From assembly GCA_964480775.1 (NCBI GenBank), contig CAYZRF010000033.1, forward strand, positions 1 to 15,471: 15,471 nucleotides of DNA. The letters run 5' to 3'. Position 1 is the first letter of the stretch, and the number at the start of each line of letters is the position of its first letter. The notes beneath the pieces were generated by a model. That model was not told where the DNA came from, searched no databases, and was given only the letters and a program-made list of their open reading frames with translations. Positions 1 to 7,107 of the stretch are shown here, piece by piece. The DNA comes from an uncultured Nitrososphaerota archaeon (GTDB taxonomy: Archaea; Korarchaeota; Korarchaeia; Korarchaeales; Korarchaeaceae). Made by a program: the position numbers and the translations under genes.

Positions 1-90
1 ATCACGTTATCACTTCAAATAGTTGAAATTAAGATTCATTAAAAAAGCGAAAGTTATTTCCTATCTCCTCTTATTCTCACATTGATAAAC

Positions 91-1269
91 ATGTATGAGT
101 TAAGCCAGAAGGAATATGAATTCAGGAGGGAAAAAGTAAGGACTGAACTATTAAGGAGAAATCTGGACGTCTTAATTTTCTTTAGCCCCTTACGGATATT
201 TTACCTGACAGGTTACCATCTTCTTGCCACGGAAAGACCTTTGGCAATGATATTTCCCAAGGACGATGAACCACTCTTCTTCGTACCTAAGCTAGAAGAG
301 GAGCACATTAAGTACAGAATTCCTTGGGTTGACAAGCTTTTCACTTACTTCGAATATCCTGGAACCAGTCACCCTCTAAAAGAACTTCTAAAAGTTCTAA
401 AAAAAGAAAAAATCTTAGATAGGAAGATAGGGGTGGATTCTGACGGTTATCTTGGAAAGTACGGCTATAAGGGCCCTGCTTTTAGTGAGGTGATTGGTAA
501 AAGGGTTCAAGTAGTGCCCGAAATAGTGGATAACATGAGACTCGTGAAATCTGAAGAAGAAATATCTCTTTTGAAGGAAAGCTCCAAGTGGTGTACTCTT
601 GCCCTCAGGTACCTACAGGAATACTCCCTTCAGGGCACTTCTGAAGTTGAGGCCTCGCTGTTGGCCTCTATAGAAGCCTCAAGTGCTATGATAAGAACCA
701 TGGGGCGTACTACCTTTGCGTGGATTCCTCCAGCGAAGGCTTACTTTAGGGGACAGGTTGGAAGCTTCTCGTTCTACCCACATATGATGTACAACAATGT
801 CTTGATAAATGAGGGAGATGTGTTAATTGGGGAGGCATCTGCATATGTAGGAGGATACAGTGCTGAGCTAGAAAGAACTATGATCGTGGGAAATCCAAGC
901 GAAGATCAAATAAAGTACTTTAGAGCAATGATGAAAGCAAGAAGCGAGGCATTGAAGGAGTATAAGCCAGGAAATCCATGTTATGCCCCTAACAAAGCTG
1001 CTTTTAAGGTATTTAGGGAAGAGGGGTTATTAGAAAAGGCATTACATAGAACTGGTCACGGAATAGGGCTCGAAGGCCATGAACCGCCGTGGATTGAGGA
1101 TGGAGATGCTAGGGAAATGGTGCCTGGCATGGTCTTCAGCTGTGAACCCGGATTATATGTACCGGGTTTAGGGGGCTTTAGACACTCAGATACGGTAGTT
1201 ATCACAGAAGATGGTGCCGAAATAATAACAAGATACCCTACAGAGCTTGAGGAGCTCATCATAGGGTGA
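91..1269 (+). CDS. M24 family pita-bread fold protein (Xaa-Pro aminopeptidase / prolidase / creatinase-like)
   Basis: The 395-aa frame has a creatinase/prolidase-type N-terminal domain and C-terminal motifs GYSAELERT, HRTGHGIGLEGHEPP, SCEPGLY and GGFRHSDTVVITEDG. These align by eye to the prolidase signature. The ORF track starts at TTG 82, but ATG 91 (MYELSQKEY...) is the more likely start. Confidence 0.85.
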   Translation: MYELSQKEYEFRREKVRTELLRRNLDVLIFFSPLRIFYLTGYHLLATERPLAMIFPKDDEPLFFVPKLEEEHIKYRIPWVDKLFTYFEYPGTSHPLKELLKVLKKEKILDRKIGVDSDGYLGKYGYKGPAFSEVIGKRVQVVPEIVDNMRLVKSEEEISLLKESSKWCTLALRYLQEYSLQGTSEVEASLLASIEASSAMIRTMGRTTFAWIPPAKAYFRGQVGSFSFYPHMMYNNVLINEGDVLIGEASAYVGGYSAELERTMIVGNPSEDQIKYFRAMMKARSEALKEYKPGNPCYAPNKAAFKVFREEGLLEKALHRTGHGIGLEGHEPPWIEDGDAREMVPGMVFSCEPGLYVPGLGGFRHSDTVVITEDGAEIITRYPTELEELIIG

Positions 1270-1334
1270 AAGATCCCCGAATAAATGTTTGCTTAGGTTT
1301 AAACTATTCCCTTAATATGGTCAGGTGAACCGAT

Positions 1335-2528
1335 ATGTTCTCGCCAGAAGAAATAAGGAAGATAAGGGAAGATTTTCCCGTTCTCAAGGAAGTTGTGCAT
1401 TTAGCCTCAGCAGCAACCACTCCCATGCCTCTTTCTTCAATTAAGGCCATTCAAGAGGCAATTGAAAAGATGTACTGGAAGTGGGATCGATCTTGGGCAA
1501 AGGACCTGCAAGAAGAGTGCAAGAAATCAATAGGACATCTCATAAACGCAGATTCCGATGAGATAGCCCTGATATCGAGTACAACTCAGGGAATAAATGC
1601 TATTGCTTCAGGGATTTCTTGGAGAAAAGGAGGTAACTTGGTAATAGATGATCTAGAGTATCCAGCAAATGCTCTTCCTTGGTATCACCAGGCGAAGAGA
1701 CATGGAGTAGAAGTGAGGGTTGTAAAAAATAGAGACCATGTTCTGCGCTTGGAGGACTTCAACAAATTAATTGACCAAAACACAAGAGTGGTGGCCGTCA
1801 GCCATGTGCAATTTGTAAATGGTTTCAAAATCGATCTAAAAGAGCTATCTAAGATGACTCACGAGGTAGGAGCTCTTCTTTTTGTGGACGCTATTCAGTC
1901 GTTAGGAGCAGTTAAAGTGGATGTCAAGGAGTTGGGTGTGGATGCGATGTCCGCTGGGGCCTACAAGTGGCTTTGTGGACCCATTGGTACCGGGCTCCTT
2001 TATGCAAAGGAGGACCTCATAGAGCAGATAAACCCCGGATACATTGGCTTCGATGGTATTGAGGACAAGGAGAGAAAGGATCTATGGTCTAAGGTTGTAT
2101 GCGACCTTGGATACGTTAGAGATTACGAAAACCTTTCAAAAAAAGCAAAAAGATTTGAGTACGGTTACAAGAACCCTGCATTAGTGGCAGCTCTGAAATC
2201 ATCTATAGATTACTTATTAGGAGTAGGAATTGAGAGGATTGAATCGAGAATTGCTGAGTTGGTGGATTACCTTATGAAAAGGGTAGAGGAATATGGATTC
2301 AGAACAATTACTCCGAAAGAAAAGAAAAATAGGGCTGGTATTGTGAATTTCAACCCTGGATTGGATCTCAGCACTGAAGAAAAAGCAGAAAAAGTGACGA
2401 CAGAACTAAGGAAAGAAGGGATAGTTGTTACGGTGAGAGGAGGAGGAATTAGGGTTTGTTGTCATTTCTTCAACACGATTGAGGACATTGACAAATTCTT
2501 TAAAGCATTTAGAAAGATTTTCCATTAA
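1335..2528 (+). CDS. Class V aminotransferase-fold PLP-dependent enzyme (cysteine desulfurase / selenocysteine lyase-like family, specificity unknown)
   Basis: The 397-aa protein has SAGAYKWLCGPIGTGLLY (a PLP-lysine motif of the class V fold), HVQFVNG, and the C-terminal IRVCCHFFNTIEDIDKF motif typical of the family. A GGTGA SD lies at 1324-1328, 6 nt before ATG 1335. Confidence 0.85.
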   Translation: MFSPEEIRKIREDFPVLKEVVHLASAATTPMPLSSIKAIQEAIEKMYWKWDRSWAKDLQEECKKSIGHLINADSDEIALISSTTQGINAIASGISWRKGGNLVIDDLEYPANALPWYHQAKRHGVEVRVVKNRDHVLRLEDFNKLIDQNTRVVAVSHVQFVNGFKIDLKELSKMTHEVGALLFVDAIQSLGAVKVDVKELGVDAMSAGAYKWLCGPIGTGLLYAKEDLIEQINPGYIGFDGIEDKERKDLWSKVVCDLGYVRDYENLSKKAKRFEYGYKNPALVAALKSSIDYLLGVGIERIESRIAELVDYLMKRVEEYGFRTITPKEKKNRAGIVNFNPGLDLSTEEKAEKVTTELRKEGIVVTVRGGGIRVCCHFFNTIEDIDKFFKAFRKIFH

Positions 2529-2583
2529 GAGAGGAATCCTTAGGAGATAGGCAGCAGATAAGATGATATTTTACTCTTCACTG

Positions 2584-2612
2584 GTGCTTTTAGACTTAGC
2601 TAAGAAAAGCAC
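2584..2612. terminator. Hairpin between convergent genes
   Basis: GTGCTTTT (2584-2591) pairs with AAAAGCAC (2605-2612), and the internal sequence CTTAGCTAAG is also palindromic. TTCTTTT follows on the + strand. Confidence 0.35.
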
Positions 2613-2639
2613 GAAAGTTATTCTTTTGGATACCCACAA

Positions 2640-4055
2640 TTAAGTTTGAAGATTCAGTACTTTACCTGGCAGCTTCCTAGTATGTACGCCTTTTTCGACC
2701 ACAATCTCACCGTTAACCAATACATACTCGATTCCTTCTGGAAATTGGTGTGGTTTCATGTAGGTTGCTTTGTCTATTACAGTCTTTGGATCAAAAATCA
2801 CTATGTCTGCTACCATTCCTTCCTTTATCAATCCTCTGTCTTTAAATCCTAGCTTGCTGGCAGGTAAAGAAGTCATCTTCCTAATTGCTTCTTCCAAACT
2901 CATCAACCTTTCTTCTCTGACGTACCTACCTAGAATCCTCGGAAACGTACCATAACTCCTAGGATGAGCAACTCCCTTTGCCAAGACCCCCTCTGGCTTT
3001 AGAGCATAGCCATCAGTACCTACCATGACCCAAGGCTTGCTCATTATCTTCTTTACGTTTTCTTCAGACTGATTGAAGTTCACTATGCCTATACCCTTCT
3101 TTTCATTTGCAGCAATCTCTACAAGTTTTATGGCCGCTTCTATAACAGATAGATTCAATTCCTTGGCTACATCTGCTAGAGTTCTTCCTTCGAAGTTTGG
3201 GTTTGGCTCAAATCTAGAGATAAGAGCATTTTCACCTCCTCCTCTTATTTCAATAACCTTAGCTAGCTCTTCTTTTATCTTCTCTCTTGTTTCTGGGTTT
3301 TTTAGCCTCTCAACCAACTTTTCATTTCCGCCTTCCCTAGCCCACTTTGGGATCCAAGCCATAAGTGAGGTCCCGCTCGCTCTGTAGGGGTACTGATCTG
3401 CCGATACATCGATGCCCTCTTTCCTTGCGCTTTCTATCATATCTAGCATCTCGTCACAGAGGTTCCAAAGAGGCTTCGCAAGTATCTTCAGGTGAGATAT
3501 CTCTACGGAGACCCCTGACTCCCTTCCTATTCGTATTGCCTCCTCAATTGCCTCAATTAACCTTCCGCCATCCCCCTCATCCCTTATGTGTGATGAGTAG
3601 ATTCCCCCTTTTTTAGCCACAACTTTTGAGATTTCTATGACTTCTTCTGTTTTAGCATAGGATTGAGGAACGTATCTCAAGCCTGTAGACATGCCAACGG
3701 CTCCTTCATCTAATGATCTAGCCACTAGGAATTTCATTTGATCAAGTTCTTCATTTGTGGGCTCTCTGGCCTCATATCCCATTACACTCAGTCTAATTGT
3801 TCCAAATCCAACAAGAGGAGCCACATTTATTGAAGTTCCCTTCCTTTGCAACTTTTCAACGTATTCATCCATGTATGTCCAGTCTATGTCCAAATCATAC
3901 CTTTTAGCTATCCTTTCAGCTTCTTCCCTTGCCTCTCCAAGTATAGGTGCTGCCGATTGTCCGCAATTCCCAATTACCTCAGTGGTTATGCCTTGTCTAA
4001 TCTTGCTATCTGCAAATGGGTTTACCAGAAGAGTATAGTCAGAGTGCCCATGCAT
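2640..4055 (-). CDS. D-aminoacylase (N-acyl-D-amino-acid deacylase), amidohydrolase superfamily
   Basis: Motifs present are DMHGHSDY (HxH metal site), EVIGNCGQS (Cys ligand), SSHIRDEG, VEISHLK and MVGTDG. The coordinates give the ATG-initiated minimum. The same frame stays open upstream to 4277 and encodes the conserved N-terminal beta-domain (see findings). Confidence 0.85.
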   Translation of the reverse strand: MHGHSDYTLLVNPFADSKIRQGITTEVIGNCGQSAAPILGEAREEAERIAKRYDLDIDWTYMDEYVEKLQRKGTSINVAPLVGFGTIRLSVMGYEAREPTNEELDQMKFLVARSLDEGAVGMSTGLRYVPQSYAKTEEVIEISKVVAKKGGIYSSHIRDEGDGGRLIEAIEEAIRIGRESGVSVEISHLKILAKPLWNLCDEMLDMIESARKEGIDVSADQYPYRASGTSLMAWIPKWAREGGNEKLVERLKNPETREKIKEELAKVIEIRGGGENALISRFEPNPNFEGRTLADVAKELNLSVIEAAIKLVEIAANEKKGIGIVNFNQSEENVKKIMSKPWVMVGTDGYALKPEGVLAKGVAHPRSYGTFPRILGRYVREERLMSLEEAIRKMTSLPASKLGFKDRGLIKEGMVADIVIFDPKTVIDKATYMKPHQFPEGIEYVLVNGEIVVEKGVHTRKLPGKVLNLQT

Positions 4056-4367
4056 ATCAATGAACCCAGGTGAAATAACAAAATTGGAGGCGTCTATCTC
4101 TAGATCTGGTTTTGACTCAATTTCCTTGCCTATTTTAGTTATTCTGCCATTTTTTATGTATACGTCTCCTCTGTAGATAGGGTTACCTGATCCATCTGCT
4201 ATCAGACCCCCTTTTATCAGGATTTCCTTATCTCTCAGTCTAACCCTCGAAGTTGTTCCAAGAATAAGATATAAGTCTCAAACAAAGCGGATCAACCGCC
4301 AGAGACCTCTGATTAAAAGGAAATTTTAACTAAGAACTCATATATCTTAAAATTATTGAATTATACT

Positions 4368-4595
4368 TCAGAACTTTAGGTCTATTTTCTTATCAGGATA
4401 AGTCTCATTCCAGCTAATGATCTTGCTCTTTCCAAGCTCGCATCCACCAAATTTCTTAAAGCATTTCTCACAATCTTTTGGAGTTATCAACCATTGATAC
4501 AATGGATTTGCTTTTTTCTTGCTTCTCGGATTATCGTCTTTGACAAAATATTCTGTAGGACAAATATATCTAAACGGTTGTTTATCCTCGCTCAT
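4368..4595 (-). CDS. Hypothetical small basic protein with four cysteines (75 aa)
   Basis: The ORF starts at ATG and has a non-repetitive, K-rich composition. Cysteines sit at residues 12, 43, 46 and 53 (ICP, DCEKC, GGCE). It is co-oriented with its flanking genes. I recognise no family. Confidence 0.5.
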   Translation of the reverse strand: MSEDKQPFRYICPTEYFVKDDNPRSKKKANPLYQWLITPKDCEKCFKKFGGCELGKSKIISWNETYPDKKIDLKF

Positions 4596-4662
4596 CGTTC
4601 AGGTCCCGTTGAATAAGGCAGTCCAACTTCTAAAAAAAGTTTGGCAGATAGAACCCCTTCCC

Positions 4663-4681
4663 CTGTTAAAATTTTTAACAG
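4663..4681. promoter_or_regulatory. Perfect 19-bp palindrome, a candidate operator, promoter or terminator
   Basis: The CTGTTAAAA-T-TTTTAACAG palindrome has 9-bp arms. It lies in the 145-bp spacer between two minus-strand genes, 68 bp upstream of ATG 4595 and 60 bp downstream of the stop at 4741. Confidence 0.35.
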
Positions 4682-4740
4682 TTATGTATGTTCTTCTCGT
4701 GCTGGCTGTTCCGTTGCTGCTGACTGTTACCAATGGGTCC

Positions 4741-5196
4741 CTATCGATCCTCGCTATTAGGTTTGCCTCTACCAAATATGATATGAAATATCTTCCTCAA
4801 TTGCGGCATAAGAGTTCCTAATAAGCTGCCAATGAACGTACTAGCCATAACGGCCAAAGTGGCACCTAAGGATCTCTTTTCGGAGCGAGGAAATACTATG
4901 AGCACTAATATGATGATCGTTCCAATTCCAACTTTTATACCTTCAAATATAGGTTTTTCGGTGGGTTTTCTTCTTACAATAATGTAAGAGGCTATTGCAC
5001 CTCCCAACATATAGACGATGAATGAGAAAAGCACCAACATAGCCATCGTTCTTTCTGGTAATTCTGGAATTCTACCAAGAATAATTCCCCAAATCCAGAC
5101 AAAAGCACAAGCAAATGTGGATGCTGCAAGATAATCATAAAAAGATAAACTGTTGTCTTGGCTCAATTTGAACACTCTAGGAAGTTTTTGGTTCAA
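4741..5196 (-). CDS. Small integral membrane protein, about 4 TM, paralog of 11794..12222
   Basis: It has four hydrophobic segments and a GGAIASYIIVRRK motif that matches GGYLVARRI in the 142-aa protein. TTG 5196 abuts the TATA-like palindrome, so GTG 5175 or TTG 5166 may be the true start. Confidence 0.65.
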   Translation of the reverse strand: MNQKLPRVFKLSQDNSLSFYDYLAASTFACAFVWIWGIILGRIPELPERTMAMLVLFSFIVYMLGGAIASYIIVRRKPTEKPIFEGIKVGIGTIIILVLIVFPRSEKRSLGATLAVMASTFIGSLLGTLMPQLRKIFHIIFGRGKPNSEDR

Positions 5197-5209
5197 TAAA
5201 AATTTTTAT
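5196..5209. promoter_or_regulatory. Perfect 14-bp A/T palindrome, a candidate shared bidirectional TATA/BRE element
   Basis: The ATAAAAATTTTTAT palindrome sits in the spacer of 42 bp or less between the divergent genes 4741..5196 and 5242..7107. It reads as a TATA-like box on both strands and is about 35 nt from ATG 5242. Confidence 0.45.
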
Positions 5210-5241
5210 AGATATCCTCCGAGGGATACTGGGATTCCTTG

Positions 5242-7107
5242 ATGCCCAAAATTTCACTAGATCAGATGAAATTCATTCTAGCGACTGATGTTGGTAGTAC
5301 AACTACTAAAGCCAGGTTCTTTAAGAAGACAGAAGAAGGATGGAGGTACGTTATAAGTGGAGAGGCCCCAACAACCGTTGAGAAGCCATACGAAGACGTA
5401 ACACTTGGTGTGAGAAACGCGGTAAGAGAAGTGGAGGAGCTTACTGGACACAAACTGCTTGCTCCTGGAGGGAAGGGCATTCTAATGCCATCTAGGAGTA
5501 ATGAAGGAGTAGACCTCTACGTGACAACGAGTAGCGCTGGCGGAGGACTTCAAATGATGGTGGCTGGACTCATAAGGAGCATGACTGCTGAGAGTGCAGA
5601 GAGGGCAGCACTTGGCGCTGGTGCGATAGTAATGGACGTTATTGCAATAGATGATGGGAGGGAAGTCTACCAGAAAATAGAGAGGATAAGGCACCTGAGA
5701 CCAGATATGGTTCTACTGGCCGGAGGTACGGATGGAGGAAATATTAAGGATGTAGTAGAAATGGCCGAGATCCTGAAAGCTGCCCAGCCAAAGCCCAGGT
5801 TTGGAATAAGTTATCAACTACCAATTGTTTATGCAGGGAATAAAGACGCTAGAGACCATGTTAAGGAGCTCTTAGGTGAAATTTTCGCGCTAACAGTAGT
5901 TGATAACTTGAGACCTACGTTAGAAGAGGAAAATACAGAACCAGCAAGGAGAGCAATACACGAACTTTTCATGGAACACGTAATGGCTCATGCTCCTGGC
6001 TATGACAAGCTTATGAAGTGGACCGAAGTTCCGATCATGCCAACGCCAGCAGGTGAAGGAATGATGATGCAACTTATCGCAAAAGTCTTCAATTGTAACG
6101 TGCTAGGCGTCGGACTTGGAGGAGCTACTACTAACATCTATTCCATATACGATGGAAAGTTTGTCCGAAGTGTTAGTGCTAATCTAGGTATGAGCTACAG
6201 CATCTGCAATGTGATGAAGGAGGCAGGGATAGAGAACATAATGAGGTGGCTACCTTTCGAGAAGAGCGAGGACGACATAAGAAACAGGCTAAGGAACAAG
6301 ATGATAAGACCTACGACAATTCCCCAAACTCTTGAAGAACTAATGATAGAACACGCTGTGGCAAGAGAGGCGATAAGGTTGGGATTTGAGCATCATAAGA
6401 CTTTAGCAAGGCCTCTCAAAGGGGCAAAGAGGAGAAAGGGCGCTCTTTGGGAAGGAGCAGAAATATCTGACGTATTTGCCCTCGAAGTCGTGTTTGGAAC
6501 CTATATACAAATGATGAACGTCAAGATAATAGCGGGAACAGGAGGTCTTTTGTCACATGCTCCTAGAAGGGTCCAATCTATGCTTGTTCTCGCAGACGGA
6601 TTTAGACCTGAAGGAGTGACGAGGATGTTCCAAGATAGCGTGTTCATGATGCCTCATTTAGGGGTACTTTCAACTGTACACTCCCAAGCTGCTTGGGAAA
6701 TATTCGATAAAGACTGTCTAGTTAGGCTTGGGACGATAATTGCTCCAAAGGGAGAAGGAAACCCTGGAGAAAAGGTTCTTGATGTGAAAATAGAGAAGCC
6801 AGACGGGACGACCGTAAAGGAAAGCGTAAATTATGGAGAAATGAAAAGAATAGAGCTTCCAGAGAGAGTCGAAGCAAACGCTTTCTTGGATCCGACTGGA
6901 CACTTTGATATAGGAGAAGGTCCAGGAAAAAGCTTGGAAACCAAGGTGTACGGAGGAGTAGTTGGAATCATTATAGATGCGAGAGGAAGGCCACTGAACC
7001 TCCCAGAGGATGATAAAGAAAGAAGAAAGAAACTACTAGAATGGTTTGAGGCTTTAGATGCATATCCCAAGGAATTCCTTGATAAAATAAGGGAGGAATG
7101 GTTATGA
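5242..7107 (+). CDS. MutL/GlmL-like ASKHA-fold ATPase (glutamate-mutase-L / mutase-reactivase-like family) with a C-terminal extension
   Basis: An N-terminal phosphate-1 motif, ILATDVGSTTTKA, is encoded at about nt 5275-5313. Also present are LLAGGTDGGN, VGLGGATTNIYS and IAGTGGLLSHAP, which indicate a duplicated ASKHA core. About 150 extra C-terminal residues are beta-rich. ATG 5242 lies about 35 nt after the TATA-like palindrome, so the transcript is probably leaderless or short-leadered. Confidence 0.8.
   Translation: MPKISLDQMKFILATDVGSTTTKARFFKKTEEGWRYVISGEAPTTVEKPYEDVTLGVRNAVREVEELTGHKLLAPGGKGILMPSRSNEGVDLYVTTSSAGGGLQMMVAGLIRSMTAESAERAALGAGAIVMDVIAIDDGREVYQKIERIRHLRPDMVLLAGGTDGGNIKDVVEMAEILKAAQPKPRFGISYQLPIVYAGNKDARDHVKELLGEIFALTVVDNLRPTLEEENTEPARRAIHELFMEHVMAHAPGYDKLMKWTEVPIMPTPAGEGMMMQLIAKVFNCNVLGVGLGGATTNIYSIYDGKFVRSVSANLGMSYSICNVMKEAGIENIMRWLPFEKSEDDIRNRLRNKMIRPTTIPQTLEELMIEHAVAREAIRLGFEHHKTLARPLKGAKRRKGALWEGAEISDVFALEVVFGTYIQMMNVKIIAGTGGLLSHAPRRVQSMLVLADGFRPEGVTRMFQDSVFMMPHLGVLSTVHSQAAWEIFDKDCLVRLGTIIAPKGEGNPGEKVLDVKIEKPDGTTVKESVNYGEMKRIELPERVEANAFLDPTGHFDIGEGPGKSLETKVYGGVVGIIIDARGRPLNLPEDDKERRKKLLEWFEALDAYPKEFLDKIREEWL

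Noticed and set aside
1056-1262. Short antisense or nested ORFs from the ORF track: 1056..1262, 5262..5480, 5482..5694, 6718..6903, 6831..7118, 7401..7586, 7583..7798, 8274..8468, 8517..8726, 9478..9669, 9682..9876, 9963..10151, 11224..11406, 14406..14594
   Set aside because: Each lies opposite to, or within, a motif-supported CDS and has a low-complexity translation. ORF 8517..8726 runs into the intergenic promoter region and has no support.
2646-4073. Six plus-strand ORFs of 61-104 aa (2646..2852, 2770..2955, 3073..3387, 3365..3616, 3757..4038, 3846..4073) inside the D-aminoacylase gene
   Set aside because: All are antisense shadows of a strongly supported gene. Their translations are S/F/L/P-rich and low-complexity and carry no motifs.
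4519-4821. A 100-aa plus-strand ORF bridging the 75-aa gene, the spacer and the 3' end of the 151-aa gene
   Set aside because: It overlaps two better-supported minus-strand genes in antisense and has no SD or a promoter at a sensible distance. The internal ATG 4684 lies only a few nt from the TATA-like palindrome.
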